Source: the human T2T-CHM13v2.0 reference genome, Homo sapiens. Taken from it: a DNA stretch of 64,000 bases. Position numbers and translations under genes: made by a program. Under the pieces are notes generated by a model, which was given only the letters and a program-made list of their open reading frames with translations, made no database searches and was not told the origin of the DNA. Positions 1-26,530 of this stretch are shown piece by piece. Positions within the stretch are counted from its first letter, which is position 1; each line of letters begins with the position of its first letter. The stretch lies in NCBI RefSeq assembly GCF_009914755.1, contig NC_060925.1; one strand, given 5' to 3'.

Positions 1-182
1 AATCTTGTGGTGCTGGATTAGTCAGAGATACCAGTATAAACCCATGCTTATTTTAATATACATACAGATAGAGAAATAAATATAAATGTGTGTATATATA
101 GATTAATATACATACATACATTTCCTAGCTCTTTCCACTGAAAGGGACTAGAAGCATCTTGTAATACCAGACAGGAAGTACT

Positions 183-220
<38 letters not shown>

Positions 221-1175
221 AGAGAGAGAAAGAGAGAGAAAGGAAGGAAGGGAGGGAGGGAGGGAGGGAAGAAGGGAAGAAGTGAGGGAGGGGAAGGAAA
301 AGGAAGGAAAAGGAAGAAAGGAAGAAAACAAAAAGAAAGAAAGAAAAGAAAGACTCTGATGAATGCTAAAATCAGAGGGTGAAACTTTAAGGAGAAATAG
401 GACATCTGCATAGCCTGAGGGTATCTCCCCTAAAATATTTATTAATTACTGTGGTGCTTTTAACATATGTCCGCAAATTATTTGATAAGCTTTCATCCTG
501 GAAATGAAGCTTAATTCTCCTTCTATTCAGTGTGGGCCAGACTTGGCAAATGATTTCCAACAAATAAGACTAGGTACTGTCATTTTATGGAAATGGAAAA
601 GAAAAATAACACAAAAAGAGAAAAATCGTGACTTTTTCAGTGGAGAAACGTGTATACAATCTCAACCAAATGATCAAAGTTACCATCACCAGTAATAAGC
701 CATGCTAATACTATGTTGATATCATACTTTGATATGATCCAATGAGAAGGGTACTTCACTTCTGTGGTATACTTTCCCAAAATCCATAATGCCAAGTCTA
801 ATCATGAGAAACCAAAACCCAAATGGAGAGACATCTACAAAAGAGCTGACCAGTACCCTTCAAAAGTATCAAGGTCGTAAAAGACAAGGAAAGACTGAAA
901 ACTGTCAAAGATTGGAGGACACTAAAGATACATGATGACTAACTGCAGTATAGTATCCTAAATTGAATCCTGAAATGGAAAAGGGACATAAGTGAAAAAA
1001 CTGGTGAAATCCAAGACTATAATTTAGTTAATAGTATTGTACCTATATCAATTTCTTAGTTTTAATAAATGTACCATGATGATGTAAGATATTAATATTA
1101 GGACAAGGTAGATGAAGGGTATACAGGAACTCTTGGTACTATCTTTGAAACTCTTGTGTAAATCTACAACTATTT
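1..1175 (+). mobile_element. Old L1M (L1MC/MD-type) 3' region containing a compound microsatellite
   Basis: AAAACTGGTGAAATCC...GAAGGGTATACAGGAACTC...ACTATCTTTG...TGTAAATCTA is typical of L1M 3' ends. Confidence 0.7.
185..352. repeat. Compound microsatellite (AC)n(AG)n(GGAA/GGGA)n
   Basis: Directly visible. Confidence 0.95.
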
Positions 1176-1320
1176 CGGGCCAGGCACAGTGTCTCACACC
1201 TGTAATCCCAGCACTTTGGGAGGCAGAGACGGATGGATCACCTGAGGTCGGGAGTTCGAGACCAGCCTGACCCACATGGAGAAACCCCATCTCTACTAAA
1301 AATACAAAATTAGCTGGTTA

Positions 1321-1449
<129 letters not shown>

Positions 1450-1642
1450 TCAAAAAAATAAAAATAAAAATAAAAATCTACAACTATTTCAAAATCAAAA
1501 TTAAACCTGTAATCTCAGCTACTTGGAAGGTGAAGTGGGACGACTGCTTGAGCCCAGGAGTTTGAAACCAGCCTGGGTAACACAGTAAGACCGTGTCTCA
1601 ATCAATCAATCAATAAAAAATTATAAAAACAATAATATAGGA

Positions 1643-1852
1643 CAGTTTCTTAACTTTAGTACAATTAATATTTGGGGCCAAATAATTCTGTTATGGGAAG
1701 TTGTCCTGTGCCTACTAGAATGTTAGCAATGTCTCTGGCCTCTACCCATTAGATGCCAGGAACCCACCTCCCCAGTTATTAGAACCAAAAATGTCTCCAG
1801 GGATTGCCAAACGTCCCCTAGGAGGCCAAATCACCCCAAGTTGAGACTACTG
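1643..1852. mobile_element. MER20 (hAT-Charlie) DNA transposon
   Basis: CAGTTTCTTAAC...GGCCTCTACCCATTAGATGCCAG...AAAAATGTCTCCAG...GTTGAGACTACTG; imperfect 8-bp TSD ATATAGGA/ATATAGCT. Confidence 0.85.
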
Positions 1853-2120
1853 ATATAGCTATATACATTAACATATAAAGATATCCATAACATAGTGTTA
1901 AAAGAAAATAGAATAGTATCTAACCTCTGAGTCAATTTATGTAATAACATATACACACATGACACATGTGCTTAAATATATATACAAATGTCTGGAAGGA
2001 TGTGAACCAAAATCATTACTCCAGGATGCTAAGACTATGGTTAAATTGTCTCTGTACTTTTCAGTATTATTGGATTTTTTTAATAAGCATGTCTCATTTT
2101 TCTTTTCTTTTTTTTTTTGA

Positions 2121-2225
<105 letters not shown>

Positions 2226-2662
2226 TGAGTAGCTGAGATTACAGGCATGCACCACCATGCTTGACTAATTTTTTTGTATTTTTAGTGGAGATAGGGTTTC
2301 TCCATGTTGGTCAGGCTGGTCTCGAGCTCCTGACCTCAGGTGATCTGCCCGCCTCAGCCTCCCAAAGTGCTGGAATTATAGGCGTGAGCCACTGTGCCCG
2401 GCCCCCGCATGTCTCATTTTTCTGAACACAAAAATGCTTTGTTCTCATTTTTTTCATAGTGCTTCCAATTCAATAACCAAAATCCTGTTGGTTCTGTTTA
2501 CAAAATATCAAAATGGTTACCTATTCTCTCCAGCCAAAGCCCAACTCCAGCCTCTCTCACCCAGACTAATGTAACAGAATCCTAAACTGTTTTTCCTTCT
2601 CTAACCCACTCTCCACCCAGTTACTTCATAAAATAGATTTACAGGCCAGGTGCAGTGGCTCA

Positions 2663-3025
<363 letters not shown>

Positions 3026-3954
3026 TTAGTTTTACCTCCTACCACTGTCCCTCAAGTACCCTCTATGCCAGATAGTTGCTGGTCATTCCTTGAAAACATA
3101 CCATGCATTTTCTTAACTTTGCCCATACTGTTCTTTTGTCAGTAATATTATTCTTCCCACTTTTCTGCTTGATAAAATGTACACAGTGGTACAGAGGAAA
3201 AGAATGGGATGGAGGATGAATGAATAAATAAATAAGAGTTAGAGGAAAAAGTATAAAACAGCATGGAGATGAGGATTTAATAAAGTAATTTTTGGTAGGG
3301 AGGAGACAATAACAGCACCCACGGCAAAAGGCTACGGTAAGGATATTAGATAATATTTGTCAAACTTTTAGAACTGCCTGACATATATATTATTCTTGCT
3401 ATTATCTTCAGTAGTATAATTATTATGATCATTCCTGTAATGAGGGCTTGAACTCTGACTGCCACAATGAGGGAGGTACAGGGAGGCTGCTACTCACAAG
3501 CAGAGCCCCAAAGGGATCAAGAGGCCAACAGGGTCCTGGTCTGATTCAAGTTTCTGAGGAATCCAAAACTACACAGAAAAACAAAACCAATTCCATTAAA
3601 TCATAATGGAGCACATATGTGAATTCCTATATACCCCAAGTAACTTTTACTCCTCAAATATATCTTTTTGAAGTGGAGCTGCTTCAACACCCTGCCTCAG
3701 GCACTGAAACATCAGGGTAGCACTCATCCTCATGAATCTGAATCTGCAAGCCTCATCTGTGCTCTCCTATGGTTTCCTGTTTGGCCAGTAGTCACTTCTC
3801 CTTCCTTATATAACACAGATTTGACTCCAAAGTTCTCCCTGTAGGTGCAAAAACATGACCACATATGTACAACATACACAGCTTAATACTGCAGCCAAAA
3901 GAAAACTAAATTCACTTACAATGGAGGTGAACCAAGGGACCTAGAAACTCATTA

Positions 3955-3964
3955 TTTATATGTG

Positions 3965-3995
<31 letters not shown>

Positions 3996-4004
3996 ATATA
4001 TATA
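3955..4004. repeat. (TATC)n(TA)n microsatellite
   Basis: Directly visible. Confidence 0.9.
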
Positions 4005-6543
4005 TGAATGATGAGTCGAAAATTTTGAGATTTCCTTTTTAGCCTCTTGTAAGTCTCAGTCCTTCTAAAAGACTGCCTTTGGCTGGGTGCAGTGGCTCAC
4101 GCTTGTAATCACAGCACTTTGAGAGGCCGAGGCTGGCGGATCACCTGAGGTCAGGAGATTGAGACCATCCTGGCTAACACGGTGAAACCCTGTCTCTACT
4201 AAAAATACAAAAAATTAGCCAGGCGTGGTGGCGGGCGCCTGTAGTCCCAGCTACTCAGGAGGCTGAGGCAGGAGAATGGCTAGAACTTGGGAGGCTTAGG
4301 TTGCAGTGGGCCGAGATGGAGTCACTGCACTCCAGCCTGGGTGACACAGCAAGACTCCATCTCAAAAAAAAAAAACAAAAAAAAAAGGACTGCCTTTGTC
4401 AGTTGTGGCAAATACCTTCCAGATAGACCCCTTTTCTCCTGGTTAATGGGTCTTCAAAAAAAAAAAAAAAAAAAAAAAAAACAGGTCTTCAAGCCTTTTA
4501 TTTCACATTTTATTAAGCCACTGTGATCCACCATCCCATCTCTCCTTTCATATCCCTCCCCCAAGCATCCCATATCTCCCTTGATCAGACAGTCTTTTGG
4601 TACAAACACTGCTCCTACAGTATGTCCCAAAGCAAACAAAAAGAATACAGAGGCCAGGTGGGGTAGCTCATGCCTGTAATCCTAGCACTTTGGGAGGCCA
4701 ATGCAGGAGGATCACTTGGGGCCAAGAGTGTTCAAGATCAGCCTGGGCAACATGGTGCTTCTATTAAAAAAAAAAAAAAAAAAAAAAGAACAAAGAGCTC
4801 CACATCTATTGGATGACGAGATGACACATATTCTGCTTGCTTACTAGTCAGACTGCCAAAAATCATTTGTTTCTCCTCTTGTAGGTTTAAACAAACACAA
4901 AAGGAACTGTGCTCCTATGTACGGCTACTGCTTCTCCACAGGACTTGAAAAACTGAGGCATTAGAGACACTTCCTCTCTATAAACCCGAACAGAACACTT
5001 TGTTTCTTTTCTCTTAGCATATAGTTGGTAGTTTGTATTTCCAGGCCATCATTGTACATGTTTGGCAAGGGCCTTCAATTTTCTCAGTACAATGTTTCAT
5101 CCAGTCACTGAAGGCCCGGCACTGTACCTTGAATTTACAAGCCAAGAAAAAGACTCAGACTGAAAAGAAGACCTTCGGTATCATCTTCCTGAAATACATC
5201 AGACTCTACAAATGAGTTAGAAGACCCAGATCCAATTCCCAGTGTCTTGCAGTGTGATCTCTAGACAGCTCTTTAATCTTCTGTAGCTCCAGTTTTTCCA
5301 TCCTGGAAAACAGGGATTGTATTACCTGTCCCTCCTTGAATTCAGACTCTTACTACTGAATGAGAATATTTTTATTTCTATAATTTGTGAAACAACCAGC
5401 ATTCAGAAGACTCAGAAAATAAAGCACAAATGTTGTTTCTCACTTCTGTCAGAATGGCCATGTAGAAATCCTCAGCAAAACCCAAGAGAAATCCCAAAGA
5501 AGGTAATCCCCTCAGAAAGTAGTTCTGACTTCCCAATCCACAACTACCTTGCATAAGAATCATGGAAGGGCATGTGTTTTCAGGACCTCCTGGGGCTGTG
5601 TCATAGAAAAAAAAAGAAAAAGAAAAAAGAACACTGGGAAGAAAGAGGACAGGCAGTACCTTCAGATGCTAGATGGCTACAGAAGCAAGTCACTGCATAT
5701 CAGGCTACATGAAGAAATGATCACCATAGACACAATACCTTTAACAACCCCATTGTAGTTTTACCTCAAAGCTTAAAGTACTTATTCAATGTTTACAAAA
5801 ACAAATACTTTCTCTGGATAGGAACTGCCCTGTAGGTGCTGTAGGGTTGACCTTGGGTAGGTGTTGCCTTGGATGACCCTACATTTTAAAGCAGGACAAA
5901 GGGATGACAAAAGCAGTATGAAGTACGAGACAATTTAACATTTAAGATAGTGTTGTACAATAGTTTCTGAGTTACTGGTACACTTCTGAATAGAAAATTT
6001 TCAGCAGCACACCAAAAGGAATTATTAAAATGCAAATATTGGTTTTAAAAAACCCAATTTAGAAACTTGAAAAAACTTTCTATGATCACACTTTCTATTT
6101 GGTCACCCTTTGGTGTGTTACAACAAAGAAGTTTACTGTTCTGTCTAGGCTCTCCACAAGTCCAAGTTTACCCTTTGTTCCAATAAACACTATCTGTCTT
6201 TGATACGAACTTGACATTAGATTCTATTAATATCTCTTAGCTGCAGCAAATTTTATCCCCAAAGTACATCAGGTGGCTTCCAGTCAGCTCAACACTCCAC
6301 TTGACAGATATCACTATGAATTAACACTGTGATTTACAATATGAATCCTAAAATACATCTTTTTCCTGATCAAAATGTTGCACACTCCTAAGAAGGATAA
6401 CTGGCATACAAGTTAAAAACTCCTGGCCTGGCGCAGTGGCTCATGCCTGTAATCTCAGCATTTTGGGAGGCCGAGGCTGGCGGATCCCGAGGTCAAGAGA
6501 TCGAGACCATCCTAGCTAACACAGTGAAACCCCGTCTCTATTA

Positions 6544-6843
<300 letters not shown>

Positions 6844-7394
6844 TTATTCTAAGACCTTAGGCCTATTTTCTTAACTGTGAAGTGATAATATCCATTTTAT
6901 GAGACTATTGTGAGGATTTTAAATATATATATATATATATTTATCACCAGCACAGTGTTCCATGCCTATAGTCCCAGCTACTTGAGACAGGAGGACTGCT
7001 TGAACTCAGGAGTTCAAAGTTACAGCAGTGCCAGGCGCAGTGTCTCACACCTGTAATTCCAGCATTTTGGGAGGCCAAGGCAGGCGGATCACCTGAGGTC
7101 AGGAATTCCAGACCAGCCTGGCCAACATGGTGAAACCCCGACTCTACTAATAATACAAAATTAGCCAGGTGCAGTGGTACATGCCTGTAGTCCCAGCTAC
7201 TAGGGAGGCTGAGGCAGGAGAATCACTTAACCTGGGAAGTGGAGGTTGCAGTGAGCCAAGATGGTGTCATTGCACTCCAGCCTGGGCCACAATAGCGAAA
7301 CTCCATCTCAAAAAAAAAAAAAAAAAAAAAAGGTCAGGCATGGTGGCTCACACCTGTAATCCCAGCATTTTGGGAGGTTGAGGTGGGCGGATCA

Positions 7395-7702
<308 letters not shown>

Positions 7703-8021
7703 TCAAATAAAAAAAAAAAAAAAAAAAAAAAAAGAAGAAACTGTAAACATTTGGTAAACAATGCTTTGAAAATTTGAGTTGTTGATATTTATTATTGCTT
7801 TGCCTGTGGAGTTACTTGAAATTGAAAATGTTATTTCAAGTAGCTGGTGATTCAACATCAACAATATCATTTTGTTTACATGTTTACCAAATACTAGTGA
7901 GTCAACCTCAAGTCACTGAAAAGCAGCATCTCCTTTCACTGGTTGAAAACACAAGTTGGGCCAGGCGCAGTGGCTCATGCCTGGAATCCCAGCACTTTGG
8001 GAGGCCAAGGCGGGCGGATCA

Positions 8022-8321
<300 letters not shown>

Positions 8322-9007
8322 CTATATCCAACCCTCACTGCCAGAACCCAGTAACCTACTTAAAAACAGATGTAAGGCTGGGTGCAGTGCCTCACACCTG
8401 TAATCCTAGCACTTTGGGAGGCTGGAGCGGGTGGATCACCTGAGGTCAGGAGTTCGAGACCAGTCTGGCCAACATGGCGAAACTCCGTCTCTACTAAAAA
8501 TACAAAACTTAGCTGGGTGTGGGACAGGTGCCTGTCCCTCACCCTAATCCCAGCTACTTGGGAGGCTGAGGCAGGAGAATCCTTGAACCCAGGAGGCAGA
8601 GGTTGCAGTGAGCCAAGATCGCGCCACTGCACTCCAGCCTGGGCAACAAGAGCGAAACTCTGTCTCCAAAAAAAAAAAAAAAAAAGAAGAAAGAAATGAT
8701 AGAACATAAATATTGGCATGGACCTTAGGTGTCATCAGTGTAACTCCATCTTACTGAAACTCTTATTACTTAAGTCTCTGAGGTATCAGACCACAGATCT
8801 ACTATTATACCATTCTTGGATATTTTTTATCCAAGTACCATACGTACTGCTCACAAATGAATGTTCCTTACACACTGCCTTCATCATGTTGCTCATCTCA
8901 CATTCCATATCTGCAATTGAACAGTCTCCTTTTACTATCCTACCTACACACTATGGCCATTTCACCTTCTAAATCTTCATCTTCATTCATGTTCCTTTTT
9001 TTTTTTT

Positions 9008-9117
9008 AAGACTAGTCATGTACAGTAGTGAGAAAGGGCCAAAGAGTAGAAAAGGGAGTTCCATCTGTAACTGACTGTGAACAATCAACTGAGACAACTC
9101 AATACCTTTGGACCAGC
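9008..9117 (-). pseudogene. Y1 RNA (RNY1) processed pseudogene
   Basis: Minus strand reads GCTGGTCCAAAGGTATTGAGTTGTCTCAGTTGATTGTTCACAGTCAGTTACAGATGGAACTCC...CTCACTACTGTACATGACTAGTCTT, matching hY1. A-tail 8996-9007. TSD TTCATGTTC at 8986-8994 and 9118-9126. Confidence 0.93.
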
Positions 9118-10679
9118 TTCATGTTCTTTCCTTTAATAAGCTTTTTCTTCTTTCTTACCTATCCAAACTTGACCTATTTTTCAAGCCCTTTTTCAGAGAG
9201 CTTTCCATACTAAGCCAGCCTTCGATAATTTCTCCTGTCTCAGAAATTCTATAATACTTGTCATAAAATCTAGCATCTGTAGTCTCTCTCCTCCCATCAT
9301 CTTGCAAATCCATTAATATCTCTGTCCAAACATTTATTAGCTCTGCCTTGTTTTATGTTCAGCTGGACTAAAACTCAAGGGCAGAAATTATGATTTTGTC
9401 TCTCCAGTAGGGCCTCGCAGAAGATAGCAGCTGCTGTATTTTTAGCTCTTATTATGTGCCATATATTGTATTAAGTACTGCACATACTTTATCTCATTTA
9501 ATCATCACAATAATGTTGTGTTATTGATATTATTCTTCCTACTTTACAGAAGAAGAAACAAAGGCATGAAGAGGTTAGGCTATAGCTGCATATCTTGGAA
9601 AAGACAGCTGGGATTTGAGGTAAATTGTCTTCTGAAGCTGGCACAAAGTAGACTGCAAACAAATTATTTTTTGAATTATCCGATCGTTTCATGTGTGCTG
9701 ATGGTCTTGTCATGCCACATAAACTAATGAAAGCAGAAACTATGCCCACTGGCTTCTGGGTGAGTTGGGGAAAGGAACTGCCCTTCTTTGCTGAGTACTC
9801 ATCAGGTGCTATGTTCAGTGCCAGGCATTTCATGTTCAACATCTCATTTACTCTGTGAAGACTCATAACTGTAAATTCTCCTCAACAAATAGCTGCTGTA
9901 GTTCCTCCATCAGAGATTTACCCAAAATGTCACCCACTACCCACTCTTAATGGAGCAAAATGCTCCCAGATGTGATGTACACCCCTTCTGGGCCTCCCAG
10001 TTCGAAGAAGAGGACAAAGCCCCTTCAACTTTAAATCAGCCATTATGATTTAAAACCTCTACTTAAAAAAGCATTTACCACAAGTCTGGCCTTATTCCGG
10101 ACAGGGCACTCTGTTCTTCGTTCTAACGCTCATGATCCCATTTATTAAGCACTATAACCTTGTGCGGTAGGTGACATTTTCCTCACTTCACAGATATATA
10201 AAATAACGTCCAAATAAACGACATTGTTGATCCGAAGTCACATGGCCAATGGCAGATTCAGGACTAGAATCCAGGTCTCCTGACTGTCAACCCTATTCCA
10301 CTCCCCCAGCAGACACCATAGGTGGTATCCAATTTATCCTGATCTCGCTGGGTTAGGGTTAGAGTTACAACAAAAGCTCTGGAATAATTTTTATTCAAAA
10401 GATATTTACTGGATACCTATCTGTCGACCTTGTAGGTTCAAATACCATGTCTTCCACTTATTCGCTATGTGACATGGAAAAAATCGTTTCACCTCCCTAA
10501 GCCCCAATTCCTTTCTCCATAAAAGGAGATAATAGTATCTACCAAATAGTAACGTCGTGAGAAGTTGATGAGACGATGATAAGGGAAACATCTGGCACTG
10601 TGTCTGGCATGCGGCGGGTGCTTAGTAAGTATGGGCTCCCTTTACCTACCCCCTCCGCCCCTACAAGCCTCGGGGTTCA

Positions 10680-22441
<11,762 letters not shown>

Positions 22442-22859
22442 TAAGAATAACACCATCCTAAAGAGTATAAGGCTTTATAGTTTAGAAAGCAGTTTTAAGT
22501 CTACCCCTTCATTTAATACCTGCAAAAACCCAGTGAAGTAGCATTTATCCCCATTTTACCGATAAGGAAACTAGGACTCAGAAAGATGAAACTAAAGGCT
22601 GCAGAAGTGGTGGAGCCAGGATTTCAAGCCTTCTAAAGTACAAATTCAGCACTCTTTGCAATTCACAAGAGAATTCCGTGTTCACTGAGTACTGAGCCTA
22701 CATTGTTTCAACATGTCTGAAATGGCATTTCAGGAACCCAGAGTGGAATGACCAGGTTAGCAACATGGTTAGAGAAGTGCAGCCCTCTGGATCACTTGTG
22801 GCTACCCTGAAATAGTTTTCCGTGGTTGAGGAGGACTCAGGTGGCATAAGCTGCCCCCA

Positions 22860-24811
22860 CTCTGACATGTTTGAGAAATCTTTTATTAGAAGATGTCCCA
22901 GAAGGCAACATTTTAAAATCAGGCAATCAGTAATCACAACTAAATACAAAATTTCAGGTGAACTTGCCTTTCAAAATAAATCAGACCCTTGCAACAGGAA
23001 ATTGCCCCAAGAGTTTTTTTCCTTGTACAAAAACAGTTAACACCACTTTGCAAAAGGCATACAAAAATACAATATAAAAAAAAAAGACTCCCCCAGCATA
23101 ATAGCCAACAGCAGCTTATAAAACACAAGCTATTCAGTTGAGACATCAGTAACCTACACCCAAACTGTCCTCCATAGACAATTCCAGAAGTCAGCTGGCT
23201 TTTGTAAACCATGCTCCAGAAGGGTAGAGAGGCTATTTCCAAACATCCCCTGGGGTCCTCTGAGGCCAAGAAGCAACCTCAGAAAGAAACCATTATGGAC
23301 AATAGATTTGGAAGTAGCAGCTGGTTTTCCAGAGCCATATATAGTACTTACCACCCCCTACCCACCCCAACTTCCAAACCCAGAGCCAGCAGGCACCTGC
23401 TGTCCTGGGCAGAGTTCTGGAGGGGCTGCTGGTCCTTCTTCCAGGACAGGCTTAGAGGTGCCTGAGGTTACCCACATGACAACTGCTAGGTTGGGTGACT
23501 TTCCCAGACTAGAAGCTGCACGTGGATTCCACTTGGAGCTGCCGAGTCCAGCTGGGGTAAAATCCATCATGGTTGGCTAAGCATATCTCCTGGAGGCTCC
23601 TTTAAAACCCACCAGAAGCAAGTCCACCTTCTGGAGCACTGGATGAGTCCCAACAGCTCTCCCCAAAACTTCAGAAACGCCCAGATTCTGGGAAAGATAT
23701 CTGATTCATGGCAGGCTGGAAGGGGCCCAAGGGTGGCTGCAGAGCCAGCAAGCTCCTTGGAATTGCATGAGGAGGACAGATTTGCATGGTTCCAGAAGAA
23801 CTTCAAACTTGCCGCTCAAGGATTGAGATGAGGCAGGTGGGAAAGAGGCAGCAGTACAGTTCTCCCTCTGAGGTGTCTTACACCTGCCTTGAGAAAAGAC
23901 TGGGCCTCAAGTGCCCCTCGGAAAACACCTGGGCAGGGATCAAGTTCATGGGCCAGGACTCCAAGCTATCCCCAGGCCCCAGGCTAGGACCGATTTCCCT
24001 GTGTCTTGGGGAAATATTTCTGACCTGTGGGAAAGGGTGCTGTAGAGCCCATTGCATAACAAGGCATAATGGAACAAAAAAGTCCCTTGTGAGGAAAGAA
24101 AGGTCCCTCCCTCAGAGGAGAGAGCCCAGAGGGCTCTGAGACAAAGAATCTAGAGGCCAAGCTTTTTAAGTGTTCCCAGGGTCGCAGCATTGGGAGTGGG
24201 AGGAAGGGGGTCAGCTAACATCATAATATATAAAGGTTTCCAACTCCTTGGCTACTGTAAAGTGTCTGACAGTGAGGTAATGGTCAATGTTGATCAAGTC
24301 TGCAAGCTTGTCTTCACCCAAGACAGCTCGTGTGTCTTCTGGAAAAAGGAGCCTCAGGGAGAGCATCCAGGCCCAGCTGTCCTTGCATCACCCCAGAGAC
24401 ACCAGTTGGGAGCATCCTTTCCTAGCCTAAAGCTCATGCAGAGTGTGAGATTTCATGCAGGCTGGAGCCCCTGACAACATCCACCACCTGTTGCATAGCA
24501 TCTGTCAGCCTTTTCTTCAGAGCTAGTGAGCTAGGCAGACCCCAAGGCTCCTCAGTCAGCTGCCTGCTGGGAAGCCAAAGGCGCCAGAGAACATACAGCA
24601 CTCCCATGAGTCAGGGAAGAGGGAGAGCTGGGTTTCAAGGTTTCCAAGAATGCAAGCCTTTATTGTGTGTGCACCGGCTGCAATGCATTCTGGGATCTAC
24701 TGTCCAGACTGTCCCACCATAACCAAAATGTGCAAATTACTAAAGGGGAGAGGGAGGTTAAAAAATAAACTTGTGTCTTCGTAAGACAGAACTGTCAGGC
24801 TTTTTGGTCAG
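22860..24811 (-). other. MYCL: MYCL 3' UTR (~1.95 kb); 3' end approximate
   Basis: Repeat-free sequence between the stop codon and the AATAAA at 22882-22887; U-rich distal part. Confidence 0.8.
22882..22887 (-). terminator. MYCL distal polyadenylation signal AATAAA
   Basis: tttatt on the plus strand, at the boundary between unique UTR sequence and MIR/Alu repeats. Confidence 0.75.
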
Positions 24812-25410
24812 TTAGTAGCCACTGAGGTATGCAATTCTTTTCTGCAACTGCTGCTGCCGGCATCGGAGCTGTCTTTTCTCTGTAGCCATCCTCTTCTCAG
24901 CCCCCACCAGGGCTTGCAAGTATTCCAAGGCCTTGCTTAGGATCACTACTTTGGGGGCCTTGGAGCAGCTGGCCAGGGTGGGCACCTGGTCCCTCAGCGC
25001 CAAGAATCGCGAACGCAGGTCATTCCGCCTCTTGCGCTCCAGGAAGTTGTGATTCTTCCTCTTGGTCACATCCTCAGTATCAGAACTGACAGGTTTGGGG
25101 TGGCAGGACTGGGCAGCCTCACTTTCTACAGGTGGGGGACTCACAATCTCTTCATCCTCCTCATCTTCCTTTTCCCCTGCAGCATCTCTCTCCAGAACCT
25201 CTTCTTGGGGACCCCTCTCTGAAGCCTCTTCTTGGGAGCAGCTTTCTGGAGGAAAACGGGCAGCATAGTTGTGCTGTTGCTGATGGATGGAGATGTGGAA
25301 ATGCTTCATGCAGGGATCCAGGGGGTCTGCTCGCACCGTGATGGTGACCGGCTTCCGAATACCCAGAGACTGCCTCTTCTCTACTGTCACAACATCAATT
25401 TCTTCATTCT
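24812..25410 (-). CDS. MYCL: L-Myc, coding part of exon 3 (MBIIIb, MBIV, bHLH-leucine zipper)
   Basis: Acceptor ggacag|AGAAT at 25410. EEIDVV, HQQQHNYAA, KRKNHNFLERKRRNDLRSRF...KVVILSKALEY; TAA at 24812-24814. 496+599=1095 nt = 364 aa plus stop. Confidence 0.98.
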
Positions 25411-26530
25411 CTGTCCGAGAAAAGAGATCAAGAGAAGAAACACATCCCATGAGAAACACAAACATAGACCCTACAGCTTTAGCTGTCTACGCTGGTGCTT
25501 GGGAAGGTAGGAGACATTTTTCCAATTTAGATATATACAAATCGAGGTGAGCAGAAAGCTGATTCATTTGTAATGTGGTAAGGGCACAGTGAAGGAAAGG
25601 AGGGGACATTAGCAAGAAGGAAAATATTCTCCAATTTCCTTTTGCACAGCAAGGCTTAGATAAGAACAAAAGGCAGACCCAAGCCAACAGCCCCCAGTCT
25701 GCAAAGGCTCTCCCCTCCCCCACGGAGGGGTTGGAGAGAAAGAGCTACCGGCCTGGGACAAAGTTTAGCTATAAAGATCTTCCCCAGTCGGGCTCTTTCA
25801 TGCCCCATCAGAATTGTAAATGAGGGGTCTGTGGGCAGAGCTGCCCTTTGTTCCTGCCCAGCACAGCCTGCACTTGGGGAATTGTTACTTTTCACAAGTT
25901 ATAAATCCTATTATTCCCCCACCTCTCTATTCTGCCATCCCTTTCAGCTGAAGATTCAGAGAAGGGAGGGCTACAACCCATCCCTCTTCACCCACAGAGG
26001 GGAGGGAAAGGGTTTCCCTTAGGAGCATTTTGCTCCTGGGTTCAATGGGTTTCTAAAGTCATCCATCATTTATAGGTCGCCTGCCCCACCTCCTTCCCTG
26101 GACTAGAAGGTTAGATTTGTAATCATAGGTCGGCGAAGCTGCAGGAACTTCACAAAGGTACAAGCGACCATTTCCAAACTACCTGCACCAGAGGCAGAGA
26201 CTGGGCAGCAGAATGTCCCAGATATGGGGCTCATAACACCAGAGACCTGGAGACACCTGGACACGCCCTTCTCATTCACTGGCTTGAAGGTCTCTTAGGT
26301 TAACCTAACCAGGAGAGGGGCAATTGGGAGAAAAGTCTCCTCCTGCTCCACACATTTTGCAGCCTCCACACAGAAGTCCACCTTAATGGATCTCGGCCTC
26401 GCAAAGGAAGAGCTCCGTTCTCAGCTTCTTTGCATATCAGGAAGCTTGAGCCCCTTTGTCAGGAAGGCTTCCATTGTGTGGACAATCGCATTATTTCTCC
26501 ATTAATAAACCTGACCATTCAGCCCTCCTG
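25180..26530 (+). ncRNA. Probable antisense lncRNA over MYCL exon 3/intron 2 (likely MYCL-AS1); boundaries approximate
   Basis: Plus-strand donor GAG|GTGAGC at 25546/25547 and plus-strand AATAAA at 26504-26509. Existence and extent rest on my recollection of an annotated antisense transcript here. Confidence 0.4.

Noticed and set aside
25411-25465. N-terminus MFVFLMGCVSSLDLFSRT of the 217-aa ORF
   Set aside because: This is the intron 2 polypyrimidine tract; the real exon starts at 25410.
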